NCBI GenBank assembly: GCA_964489135.1
Contig: CAZAXK010000004.1
Coordinates: forward strand, 1-40,133
Origin: an uncultured Candidatus Saccharibacteria bacterium
Lineage (GTDB): Bacteria > Patescibacteriota > Minisyncoccia > Phycocordibacterales > WO2-35-19
DNA length: 40,133 nucleotides
Reading direction: 5' to 3'
Positions 16,206 to 24,666 of the stretch are shown in pieces (the first letter of the stretch is position 1; every line of letters begins with the position of its first letter). The notes under the pieces are model-generated. The model was given only the letters and a program-made list of their open reading frames with translations. It was not told the DNA's origin and did not search any database. The position numbers and the translations under genes were made by a program.

Positions 16206-17429
16206 TCAATTATACCCCAAGTATTTTTCGAGTGCGAGAATAGCACTCTCGGCACTCTCCGCATTCATGAGCTCTTCTTTCAAATCGTGGACATCGGGTA
16301 GACCAGAAAGATAAGACTTGAAATGCTTCTTCATCACCGCAAAGCTTTTTACTTTACCGAGGTTTTGGTCAAAGAGTTTGATGTGGGCAAGAAGGGCCTT
16401 GAGTTTCAGTTGTGGATCGATATTATCCGACTTCGCTAAAAGCTTCGCCGGATGCTCAATTTGGCTACTCTGCTTTGCAGTGGCCAAATTGGCGAACAAA
16501 AAGGGGTTGCCAAATATCGCGCGGCCGAGCATCACCCCATCACAGCCAGTTGCTTCAGCTTTGGCATAGGCATCGGCCACACTGTCAACATCGCCATTGC
16601 CGAAGATCAAAGTAGCCCCTCCCCCTACCCCCTCCCCAAAAGGGAGGGTATTTCGAATCTCAACCGCTTCCTTGATCCTTTCCCACCGCGCCGGCACCTT
16701 GGACATCTCCTTGCGTGTGCGGGCATGGATGGTGATGACCGCTGGCTCTTCGGCCAAAAGCTCTGGTAACCACCCGCCCATAGTTCCATCTGGTCGGGCA
16801 GGCCCTTCTAGCTCATCTTTGTTGTAGCCAAGACGGGTTTTTACCGACACAGGTATCGCTTCTTTTCCCTGCTCCTTTGCATACTCTTCTACTCCCTCTT
16901 TGGCTGCACGTATCACTTCCCTTGCGAGCCGCGGATTTTTGATCATCGCCGCACCCGCGCCCTGCTTCTCGATACTTTTGTCCGGACAACCCATGTTGAT
17001 ATCGAGCCCATCGAACCCCAAGCTCGCGACGAGATACGCTGCCTTGCGCATATTCTCCGGTCGAGAACCGAAAAGCTGGGCCACGATCGGCCTCTCAATT
17101 TCGCTGTATTCCAAATCTTTGAGCAACTTTTTCTTGCCTTCCTCGTGCGCAAGCACCAACCCGTCGGCACTGACAAATTCCGTCCACGTGACATAACTAT
17201 TAATACGTTCTCGAGATACTTCTCCGAGCGGGCCTTGCGCAGGCCGACTGGGCCGAGCAGAGGAATTTTCTAGCAAGAAAATATCCGTGCCAAGCGAGGA
17301 GAACGTATCGAGAGAATTATTAGAGCAACTCGCGATGACACGCCTGAAGGCCGAGTCGGTAACGTCGGCCATCGGTGCAAGACAAAGTATCGGCTTTTCT
17401 ATTTTTGACCAAAATCCTAAATTAACCAT
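16206..17429 (-). CDS. dus: tRNA-dihydrouridine synthase (Dus family) carrying four repeat-derived insertions
   Basis: LAPMADVTD, TEFVSADGL, AQLFGS, DINMGCP, PVSVKTRLG, TIHART, GNGDV, DGVMLGRA, MKKHFKSY. Confidence 0.95.
   Translation of the reverse strand: MVNLGFWSKIEKPILCLAPMADVTDSAFRRVIASCSNNSLDTFSSLGTDIFLLENSSARPSRPAQGPLGEVSRERINSYVTWTEFVSADGLVLAHEEGKKKLLKDLEYSEIERPIVAQLFGSRPENMRKAAYLVASLGFDGLDINMGCPDKSIEKQGAGAAMIKNPRLAREVIRAAKEGVEEYAKEQGKEAIPVSVKTRLGYNKDELEGPARPDGTMGGWLPELLAEEPAVITIHARTRKEMSKVPARWERIKEAVEIRNTLPFGEGVGGGATLIFGNGDVDSVADAYAKAEATGCDGVMLGRAIFGNPFLFANLATAKQSSQIEHPAKLLAKSDNIDPQLKLKALLAHIKLFDQNLGKVKSFAVMKKHFKSYLSGLPDVHDLKEELMNAESAESAILALEKYLGYN
16425..16453. repeat. REP-like insert 4 in dus
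   Basis: Minus strand atccggcgaagcttttagcgaagtcggat (HPAKLLAKSD); resembles 13938-13965. Confidence 0.65.
16616..16648. repeat. REP-like insert 3 in dus (C-rich/G-rich hairpin type)
   Basis: cccctccccctaccccctccccaaaagggaggg (LPFGEGVGGG); resembles the dprA insert at 23332-23365. Confidence 0.7.
16773..16802. repeat. REP-like insert 2 in dus (30 bp)
   Basis: Minus strand cctgcccgaccagatggaactatgggcggg (PARPDGTMG); same ends as 13612-13646. Confidence 0.7.
17203..17308. mobile_element. MITE-like element insert 1 in dus
   Basis: 10-bp perfect inverted arms atacgttctc/gagaacgtat; 31-bp core 17260-17290 identical to 30823-30853. Confidence 0.75.
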
Positions 17430-17453
17430 TTTATAAATTATATAAAAAATTAA

Positions 17454-17494
17454 CCCCGGCCACCTTCATCTAAACTAGAATCTGGTGGCCGGGG
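17454..17494 (-). terminator. Long hairpin/terminator
   Basis: ccccggccacc/ggtggccgggg 11-bp perfect stem, followed on the minus strand by ttaatttttt. Confidence 0.65.
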
Positions 17495-17511
17495 CGCTGT
17501 CGGGAGATGCC

Positions 17512-17595
17512 TTAGCCGGATAGGTTTTGGGCACCGTGTTGAGCCGCGGCCTCAAGGGCCACGGCGATGACATTGGCGTTGTGCACAGTGTTCAT
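17512..17595 (-). CDS. 27-aa micro-ORF (or small RNA) with its own promoter and terminator
   Basis: MNTVHNANVIAVALEAAAQHGAQNLSG; TTGACA (17633-17628)-17 nt-TATTTT (17610-17605), 9 nt before ATG. Confidence 0.45.
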   Translation of the reverse strand: MNTVHNANVIAVALEAAAQHGAQNLSG

Positions 17596-17646
17596 CGCCC
17601 TTTCAAAATAGCAAAACGCCACAATACTGTCAACAGCCGTCAGCCA

Positions 17647-20070
17647 TTATGAGCTGGGGACAAGATCCCCAGCTTTTATTTCCACCTTACTGCCCGCTCC
17701 GATCTTGCCGGCCACGATCTGTCGAGCGATGTAGTCCTCGACCACACTCTTGATAACCCGATTGATCGAGCGCGCGCCAAATTGTGGGTCACTGCCCTTC
17801 GCCACCAAGAAATTCAAAAGATCGTCGGTGATCACAAGCTCCATCTCCTGCTCCTTGAGCCGGCGCGAGAGTTTTTGGAGCTCAAGGTTTGCTATCAGGC
17901 GAAGCTCAGAATTCTGCAGAGGGTGGAAGAGCACCACCGCATCGAAGCGGTTTATAAGTTCTGGTTTGAAAGTTCTTTCTTTGATGATGGTTTCGACTAT
18001 TCGGCCCTGCTCTTGACTTAGGTCTTTGCCCTGCTTGATCGTCTCCCAGATGAGCTCACTGCCGGCGTTCGAGGTTGCGATCATTATGAGATTGCGACAG
18101 TTCACCCGCTTGCCCAAAGCATCGGTAAAGAGCCCTTCGTCCAAAATCTGCAGGAAGAGGTCGTGCACCTCAGGCGAGGCCTTCTCGAACTCATCGAGAA
18201 GTAATACTCCGTACGGTTTGTCGCGCACCTGCGAGGCGAGTAGCCCCGGCCGATTTTCCGCAAAGCTTCCTACCAGCTTGTGTAACGCATCTGGCCCGTT
18301 GTACTCAGACATATCAAGGCGAAGCATACTCGACTCGTTACCAAAGAAGCTTTCAGCCAAGGTCTTCGACACTTCGGTCTTACCGACACCGGTCGGCCCA
18401 AGGAATAGGAAAGAAGCAATCGGCCGATTGGGCGCGACAAGTCCTGAGCGCGAACGACGGATAGCACTAGCGACACTACTTACCGCAAGCTCCTGCCCCA
18501 CCACCCGCTTATGCAAAGTCTCTTCGAGCTTTTCGATTTTCTCTGCTTCACCAAGCTTCATGGGTCCAGTCGCGACACCGGTCTTTTCGGATACGAAGGT
18601 GGCCACATCATTCTCTCTTACAATCTCAATCTTGTGACCGACGGCCCAAGGCGCGAGCTCCACCAGCATGTCGAGAGCTTTGCCTGGCATTTCGCCGACC
18701 GTAACATACCTTTCGGCCGAAACTGCAACCTCGTGGAGTGCCCCAAAAGCAAATTTGAGCGGATATTCTTTTTCAAGAAGAATTGCACGCTCAAAAATCG
18801 GTGGTAGCGAAGCGGCTGGACCGACTTCGTCGGGGATTATGCGTTCAAACCTTTCGAGCAAAGTAGCATTGGTTTCTATAAAAAAGTGGAAATCCGAATT
18901 GCCAGCATGAGCAATCACCTGCAAATTACTCGACTCGAGAAAGGGCGAAAGGACCGAGGGTAGATTTACTCCAGCCGACTTGAAGCCAGCAACCGTCCCA
19001 GGTAGATCGCGTATATAAAGTAAAATATTGCCAGCCGATACTGCTTGATTGAGAAGCTTCAACAGTTCGGCTTGCAGGTCAGCGGTCTGTTTGAAAGAAG
19101 CGAGAAGCGCACTTGTATCGAGCTCGATCAGGCACTTGTGCTCGAGCGACGGCAGAGCCACCCCGAGCTTCATACGTTTGAGTAAGCGAGTGACGATGTC
19201 GCGTACCACACTCTCATCATCATCGATAATTATGGCATTCGCCTCACTACGTCGTTCGAGAACACCTTCGAGCAAATCAAGCTCTTTCGCCCGATAACCG
19301 TTATCGATATCCACCGACACCAAATTGACCATACGGTCAAAGGCAACCCCGAAGTTACCGAGATCGCTTGAGACACCGTAGGCCCAGCTCGTGCCAATCG
19401 AGGGTATCGAGCCCAAATTCTCACGTCCCCAAAATCTTTCTTTGCGACTTTTCTTATCATAAAATTCACTAACCATTTTGGCACTACCGATCCATTCTTC
19501 GCGATTGACCCCATAGGCATTGAGGAATCCCTGGAGCGATTTGTCTGCGTCGTAAAGCACTTCCGCATAAGCAGGCAGTGAGTGAGCACTACCAAAACGC
19601 ATGGCGCTCGCGATAAGCGGATTCCGCCCAGCTACGATGAATTTCCTCGCTTCACTCCTCAGAATTCCGGCCCGTTCAAATATTTCGAGACCAACTTTGG
19701 TTTCGCACAAGCTTCTGGTCGCATCTATTTCATCGGTTCGGTATAGAATCTGCGAGAGCGCGTATTCTAGGCGTTCTCCCTCCTCCAGAGTCCTTTCGCG
19801 AACACGCGAATGCAATCCCGAATACCGCATCGATCGATAGAAGCTCTCCAAAAAGCCGAATATAAGATAAAGCGAGATGCAAAGGAAGGATGCTCCGTCA
19901 GCAAAAGAAAAGTCGAGTGGTAAAGAGCCGAAAGAGGCAAAGAAGAAAAAAACGGCCCCAAAGGCGCAAAGTTTGCGCATTATTGATCGCAAAACCCTAG
20001 GCAGAAACCGATCAATTCGTATGGCATAGAAATGCGGTTCTGATATTCTTTTGATCTCATTCCATGTCAT
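17647..20070 (-). CDS. Membrane-anchored ClpA/B-like AAA+ ATPase, first ATPase ring degenerate
   Basis: Two N-terminal TMs; D2 intact ([37 protein letters not shown]); D1 Walker A and B replaced (NAIIIDDDESVVRD; LLYIRDL). Start trimmed to the ATGA overlap with the upstream gene. Confidence 0.88.
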   Translation of the reverse strand: MTWNEIKRISEPHFYAIRIDRFLPRVLRSIMRKLCAFGAVFFFFASFGSLPLDFSFADGASFLCISLYLIFGFLESFYRSMRYSGLHSRVRERTLEEGERLEYALSQILYRTDEIDATRSLCETKVGLEIFERAGILRSEARKFIVAGRNPLIASAMRFGSAHSLPAYAEVLYDADKSLQGFLNAYGVNREEWIGSAKMVSEFYDKKSRKERFWGRENLGSIPSIGTSWAYGVSSDLGNFGVAFDRMVNLVSVDIDNGYRAKELDLLEGVLERRSEANAIIIDDDESVVRDIVTRLLKRMKLGVALPSLEHKCLIELDTSALLASFKQTADLQAELLKLLNQAVSAGNILLYIRDLPGTVAGFKSAGVNLPSVLSPFLESSNLQVIAHAGNSDFHFFIETNATLLERFERIIPDEVGPAASLPPIFERAILLEKEYPLKFAFGALHEVAVSAERYVTVGEMPGKALDMLVELAPWAVGHKIEIVRENDVATFVSEKTGVATGPMKLGEAEKIEKLEETLHKRVVGQELAVSSVASAIRRSRSGLVAPNRPIASFLFLGPTGVGKTEVSKTLAESFFGNESSMLRLDMSEYNGPDALHKLVGSFAENRPGLLASQVRDKPYGVLLLDEFEKASPEVHDLFLQILDEGLFTDALGKRVNCRNLIMIATSNAGSELIWETIKQGKDLSQEQGRIVETIIKERTFKPELINRFDAVVLFHPLQNSELRLIANLELQKLSRRLKEQEMELVITDDLLNFLVAKGSDPQFGARSINRVIKSVVEDYIARQIVAGKIGAGSKVEIKAGDLVPSS

Positions 20071-20468
20071 ATTACAAAGAAGGTAGCTGATAGAATAATG
20101 CTGGCCATGAGTATGGCCGGGGCAAGAAGCCAAACCAGAAAGAGGCCACAGAAGAAGCCCAGCACAAACAAATAAGCGCAAAAGCCGATAATAAGCACCA
20201 CTGTCCGACTAACGAAACCCACCGCCCGCATCAAGCTGTTGACTATAAAGGCGCTAGCGAAGTTACCTAGGTCGAAGCCCTCGCCATAGCTCTCTCCCAT
20301 CCTCTTCCAAGGAGAAACCAAAGTCCGCAAAAGTAAACCAAAAGAAAAGAAGTGGGCTAAGAACCACAGGAAATTCTGTCCGACTCCCACAAGCTCGCGA
20401 ACCCCCTGCGCATAATGCCATTTGAGGTAAGCCCAGATGATTGAATCCGTTCGGTAAATTTCGCTCAT
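20067..20468 (-). CDS. Small membrane protein translationally coupled to the Clp-like ATPase
   Basis: WAYLKWHY, FFSFGLLLRTLVSPWKR, long C-terminal hydrophobic hairpin; ATGA overlap. Confidence 0.8.
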   Translation of the reverse strand: MSEIYRTDSIIWAYLKWHYAQGVRELVGVGQNFLWFLAHFFSFGLLLRTLVSPWKRMGESYGEGFDLGNFASAFIVNSLMRAVGFVSRTVVLIIGFCAYLFVLGFFCGLFLVWLLAPAILMASIILSATFFVI

Positions 20469-20490
20469 TGGGCTTAATTATAGCAACAAA

Positions 20491-21291
20491 CTAGTTTATC
20501 TTGTAGAACATCTTGTTCATGAAGCGTGCATCGATGTACTCAAACCTGACTTCGCCATTCTTCTTCCTTTCTGTATCGACTAAGAGAAGAAGGTTCTCGG
20601 CGGTTTTGCCTGCGTCTCTTTCCTCAGGCAAAACTACGATGTCGCATAGCGAAGTCCGGAGAATTGTCTTGTCCGCTGACTCCAGAGTTATTTGCGAAGT
20701 TTCGATACCAGCACTACCGAGCTTCTCAACCAAAGCAAAGTAGTACCCCATCTCCTCTTCCCCCATTAGCTGTTTGCCGATCGGGTCGCCCCCGATCGCC
20801 CCTGAGAATACCACCTTCCCCGCCTTTTCACTCTCGCTTGCTCGTGCATAGACGACACCCCCATGATCCAAAAGAAAGCAATCCTCGGCCCGACACCACA
20901 AAGCCACGGCCGTTTTCTCCTTTATTTTGATTTTCAAATTGCCATCCGCATTTCGATCGATCTTGACGCTTTCTACTTTACCAAAAGTGCTCTTGATCGA
21001 ATCCTCGAGCTTGTGAGTATCGGCAAACAGGATATTGCTTCGAGGAATGACTCCAAGATAAGCGCCAGAAATATACTCCGCCCCAATCGACTTGATCTGC
21101 TCCTGACTTAGAGTAACCGCACCAACTACTTCAATGTTCTGTATCTGAAACACGCTAAGTCGTAAGAAAAATACCAATCCCGCAAGGACGGCTATCGGCA
21201 AGGCGACAAACAAAGCAAGCTTAAAAGTTCTACGCCTCTTGTTGCGCTTGCTAATTTTGCTCGAAAAACCTGCTCGGCCCCTACTCTTCAT
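20491..21291 (-). CDS. ftsQ: Cell division protein FtsQ/DivIB (POTRA domain)
   Basis: Basic N-terminus, one TM, FQIQNIEVVG POTRA domain, C-terminal YIDARFMNKMFYK. Confidence 0.85.
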   Translation of the reverse strand: MKSRGRAGFSSKISKRNKRRRTFKLALFVALPIAVLAGLVFFLRLSVFQIQNIEVVGAVTLSQEQIKSIGAEYISGAYLGVIPRSNILFADTHKLEDSIKSTFGKVESVKIDRNADGNLKIKIKEKTAVALWCRAEDCFLLDHGGVVYARASESEKAGKVVFSGAIGGDPIGKQLMGEEEMGYYFALVEKLGSAGIETSQITLESADKTILRTSLCDIVVLPEERDAGKTAENLLLLVDTERKKNGEVRFEYIDARFMNKMFYKIN

Positions 21292-22619
21292 TAGATTCTA
21301 GATTTCTGCTTCTCGATACGTTCTTTGCCGCCCATAAAAGTCCGCAGTACTTCTGGAATAATTATCGAGCCATCTTTTTGCTGATAATTTTCTATGATTG
21401 CTATCATAGTGCGCCCCATGGCGATTGCTGTTGCATCATTCATATGCACATGTTCGATCTTGCCGTCCGCTCTTTTGACCCGAGTGTTGAGCCGGCGAGC
21501 CTGAAATCCTTGCATTAGGTCTGAGGTATGAGTTTCGCGGTATTTGTTCTGACTCGGGATCCAACATTCTATGTCGATCTGGCGATGGTCGGGTCCGCCC
21601 ATATCGCCGGTGCAGATAAGCACGACTTGGTGCGGGATTTTGAGCTTACGCAAAATATATTCTTGGATAGCGACCAAAAGATCTTGTTCTGCATAAGAAT
21701 TTTCTGGTAAACAGAAAGTTTCCATCTCGGCTTTGTCGAATTGGTGTTGACGCAAGATACCTTTGGTATCTTTACCGTAGCTTCCGGCTTCGCGTCGCAG
21801 GGCGACCGAGTAGCCGATATAGCGACGAGGCAAATCCTTTTCCTCAAAGATTTCATCCATATGAAGCGGACCAAGGGTGTGTTCGGCGCTACCGATAAAA
21901 ACCATGTCATCCTTCTCGAAGTAGTAGCGTTCATCGATCGGTTGAAGCCGGCCCATCTTGTTCATCACGGCAGATTTCATCATAATCGGAGGCAAGACCG
22001 GTATGAATGGCTTGGTGGAAACATTGAGACCAGCTTCGCTTGCGATCACCTTCAATTTATCTTCATTAGTCAGCGTATCAAAAAGAAAATTGAGTAGGGC
22101 GAATTGCAAAAGTGCCAAATCTCCCATAATGTAGTTGAACCTCGCTCCGGAAATGGCCCCCGCCTTCTCGGTATCGATAATGCCAAGCTCGCGGCCTATA
22201 TCAGCGTGATCTTTGACTTCAAAATCGAACTTGGGAATTTCGCCCCATTGTCGAATAACCTTGTTACCACTTTCGTCGGGCCCAACCGGAGTATCTGGTG
22301 AAGGAATATTGGGCACCTTTATCATAAGGTCGAACCATTTCTTGGTTACCTCTTTGAGCACCTCCTCGTTTTTCTGCATCCCGGACTTTAGCTCCTGCAT
22401 TTTACTAATCATCTCTTGTCGCTCTGAGTCGGAAGAGTTCGCAGATATTTTCTTGCTATATTCGTTTTGCTCGGCGCGATCACGCTCTACTTCCGTAATG
22501 AGCTTACGGCGCTCATCGTCTATCCTTACTAGCTCATCTATATCAACCTCAACGCGCTTTTTTTGAGCGGCATCCTTTACGATATCGGCATTTTCTCTGA
22601 TGAATTTGATGTCCAACAT
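21291..22619 (-). CDS. serS: Serine--tRNA ligase
   Basis: MLDIKFIREN, PNIPSPDTPVG, FIGSAEH, RREAGSYGKDTKGILRQHQFDKAE, MGRTMIAIIENYQ; start trimmed. Confidence 0.97.
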   Translation of the reverse strand: MLDIKFIRENADIVKDAAQKKRVEVDIDELVRIDDERRKLITEVERDRAEQNEYSKKISANSSDSERQEMISKMQELKSGMQKNEEVLKEVTKKWFDLMIKVPNIPSPDTPVGPDESGNKVIRQWGEIPKFDFEVKDHADIGRELGIIDTEKAGAISGARFNYIMGDLALLQFALLNFLFDTLTNEDKLKVIASEAGLNVSTKPFIPVLPPIMMKSAVMNKMGRLQPIDERYYFEKDDMVFIGSAEHTLGPLHMDEIFEEKDLPRRYIGYSVALRREAGSYGKDTKGILRQHQFDKAEMETFCLPENSYAEQDLLVAIQEYILRKLKIPHQVVLICTGDMGGPDHRQIDIECWIPSQNKYRETHTSDLMQGFQARRLNTRVKRADGKIEHVHMNDATAIAMGRTMIAIIENYQQKDGSIIIPEVLRTFMGGKERIEKQKSRI

Positions 22620-22656
22620 GTAATGAATATTATCATTTGCTACAATAAAATCCAAG

Positions 22657-23562
22657 ATGTCTTATAAAATAGAGACGCTAAATAAACCCGACTGGCCTCC
22701 TCTCCTCGCTCAAATACCTGATCCGCCAAAAAAGCTTTGCTTCGCGGGCCAAGTACCTGATTATGAAAGAAAATTTCTTTGCGTCGTCGGTTCGCGCAAA
22801 TATTCTGGCTATGGCAAAGAAGCCACGAGTGCGCTTATCGCCGACCTGCGTGGATTCCCCATAACGATCGTGTCTGGGCTCGCACTCGGCATCGACTCAA
22901 TCGCTCACCGTCTTGCGATACAAAACAACTTGCCTACGATCGCCGTGCCTGGGAGTGGGCTCTCACCAAACGTTCTCCACCCCGCAAGTCATGCACAACT
23001 CGCCGAAGAAATAGTCGAGAGCGGAGGCACTCTTCTCTCCGAATATGAGCCCGACTTCAAGGCGACCCAATGGAGCTTCCCTCAGCGCAACCGCATCATG
23101 GCCGGCATGTGCGACGCCACTCTTATAATAGAAGCTGAGCAAAAGTCGGGCACCATGATTACAGCCAAGCTCACCACCGAATACAACCGAGAATTGCTCT
23201 GCGTTCCCGGAAGCATATTCAACCCGATGTCGGAGGGGCCTAATATGTTCCTGCGACTCGGGGCGACATTGGTGCGAAGCGGAGATGATATTTTGGAAGC
23301 ATTGGGAGTGGGGAAATTGGATTTCCCCACAACCCCACCCCTTACCCCTCCCCAAAGGGGAGGGGCTCAAGCCACCCACACCGACTGTTCGGAGAAAGAA
23401 TTGCTAATCTTGCAATTGCTCGAGAGTCCAAAAGAAAAGAGCGAGTTGATAAGAGAAGCGAGCGCACAAAATCTTTCAATTTCCGAAATCCAGACCACCC
23501 TTACCCTCCTCGAACTCAAGGGGCATATCGAAGAAAAGCTTGGGCAGATACGACGCACATAA
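22657..23562 (+). CDS. dprA: DNA processing protein DprA
   Basis: VVGSRK, IVSGLALGIDSIAH, FPQRNRIMAG, SGTMITA, VPGSIF, C-terminal winged helix. Confidence 0.96.
   Translation: MSYKIETLNKPDWPPLLAQIPDPPKKLCFAGQVPDYERKFLCVVGSRKYSGYGKEATSALIADLRGFPITIVSGLALGIDSIAHRLAIQNNLPTIAVPGSGLSPNVLHPASHAQLAEEIVESGGTLLSEYEPDFKATQWSFPQRNRIMAGMCDATLIIEAEQKSGTMITAKLTTEYNRELLCVPGSIFNPMSEGPNMFLRLGATLVRSGDDILEALGVGKLDFPTTPPLTPPQRGGAQATHTDCSEKELLILQLLESPKEKSELIREASAQNLSISEIQTTLTLLELKGHIEEKLGQIRRT
23332..23365. repeat. REP-like hairpin inside the dprA linker
   Basis: cccctcccc-aaa-ggggagggg perfect 9-bp stem; encodes TPPLTPPQRGG. Confidence 0.7.
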
Positions 23563-23594
23563 ACCACCCCAGCCCTCCCTTACAGCAAGGGAGG
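23563..23594. repeat. REP-like hairpin directly after the dprA stop
   Basis: accaccccagc-cctccctt-acagc-aagggagg, same family as 23332-23365. Confidence 0.65.
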
Positions 23595-23654
23595 TGGCCG
23601 GCCACGTCAATTCAAATTTGACAAGCGTTACCAATCGTGCTTAAATATAGGCGG

Positions 23655-23903
23655 ATGGAACAACTACAACTTTCGATCCGGCTCTTCGCGGCCACGATGG
23701 CGGCGGTGTTCTTGTTCGCTATTTTCGTATCGCGATCGTTCCGCGATCACGAACGAAGCGCTACCGAGAGCGCACTCATGGTCGGTTTCGTCATGATGGC
23801 CACGTTGGCCATCATCCCCGAACTTTCCGGCACATTTGCACGCTTCATTTCCGAAGTAGGGAAATTATCTACCCTTCCGCACCCCGTCACCGTCCCGCGG
23901 TGA
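23655..23903 (+). CDS. Small two-TM hypothetical protein (82 aa)
   Basis: TTGACA (23618-23623)-17-TTAAAT promoter upstream; terminator at 23915-23965; two hydrophobic segments. Confidence 0.65.
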   Translation: MEQLQLSIRLFAATMAAVFLFAIFVSRSFRDHERSATESALMVGFVMMATLAIIPELSGTFARFISEVGKLSTLPHPVTVPR

Positions 23904-23914
23904 CCAGCCTCAGC

Positions 23915-23965
23915 CCCCGCAGTCCTCACGAAGTATGTGAGACCAACTGCGGGGTTTTCGTTTGT
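23915..23965 (+). terminator. Intrinsic terminator
   Basis: ccccgcagt/actgcgggg stem, inner ctcac/gtgag, then ttttcgtttgttt. Confidence 0.7.
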
Positions 23966-23973
23966 TTATATAG

Positions 23974-24002
23974 TTGACATCCTCCCACACTTATGCTACA
24001 AT
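23974..24002 (+). promoter_or_regulatory. Sigma70 promoter
   Basis: TTGACA-17 nt-TACAAT with TGn extension. Confidence 0.8.
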
Positions 24003-24021
24003 ATACCCCAGAGGAGCACCT

Positions 24022-24429
24022 ATGACACGTTTTGCTTTCGTTTTTGTTGGTCTTTTTTTGGGCTTCGCCCCACTGAATGGCCAGCAGGAAGGATCGGTGG
24101 CGATAGCAGCCACCATCACCCCGACCACCGAGACAGTGGTAGACGATTTCGCGAACTGCGTTGCCAAATTGGTTGAACTAAAAATCCCACCAAACAAAGC
24201 AACCGACAACTGCAAGGAAGTAGCGAAGATTGCCTCAAAGCAGGCCCGCGGGCTTGCCAGTGAGGCATCGGGTGCGGCGAAAGCCAGTCGCCCGCAAGTC
24301 ATCTTCGGCGGGCGCTACGGAAGGTACAATAGCGGAGCGGTTATCGTAGGGGGTGGTTATTATGCAAGCCCCCGCTACCGCACTCCGCGGACGATCCGCC
24401 CACCCCGCCATTATCGGAACCGGCCGTGA
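24022..24429 (+). CDS. Putative secreted hypothetical protein (135 aa)
   Basis: GAGGAG SD, signal-like MTRFAFVFVGLFLGFAPLNG, one Cys pair, R/Y/G/P-rich tail. Confidence 0.7.
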   Translation: MTRFAFVFVGLFLGFAPLNGQQEGSVAIAATITPTTETVVDDFANCVAKLVELKIPPNKATDNCKEVAKIASKQARGLASEASGAAKASRPQVIFGGRYGRYNSGAVIVGGGYYASPRYRTPRTIRPPRHYRNRP

Positions 24430-24516
24430 ATAAAAAACGCTGGTTTCCGATCCGAGCGCCCGTGCAACCTAAGAGGTTCGCCGGGCGCTTTTTGTTTACT
24501 CGATTTTTTGTTTTTT

Positions 24517-24568
24517 CCCCTCTCCTTCGCAAGGAGAGGGTGCCGAGGCTTTACGAGGCGGGTGAGGT
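24517..24568. repeat. REP-like element upstream of topA
   Basis: ccctctcctt-cgc-aaggagaggg perfect 10-bp stem plus gccgaggctttacgaggcgggtgagg. Confidence 0.65.
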
Positions 24569-24619
24569 CGTTTTTGCTTTTTTCTACTTTATCTCTTATT
24601 CTTACTTCATTATCTTTTT

Positions 24620-24656
24620 ATTCGTTGCTATTCGTAGCATTCGCATCATTCGTATA
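24620..24656 (+). repeat. Degenerate 9-bp tandem repeat (ATTCG-led, 4 units)
   Basis: attcgttgct attcgtagc attcgcatc attcgtata. Confidence 0.7.
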
Positions 24657-24666
24657 TTTGTATCTT

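Noticed and set aside
24508-24666. 53-aa N-terminal extension of TopA
   Set aside because: Made of REP and tandem-repeat DNA; homology begins at MKLLIVESP.
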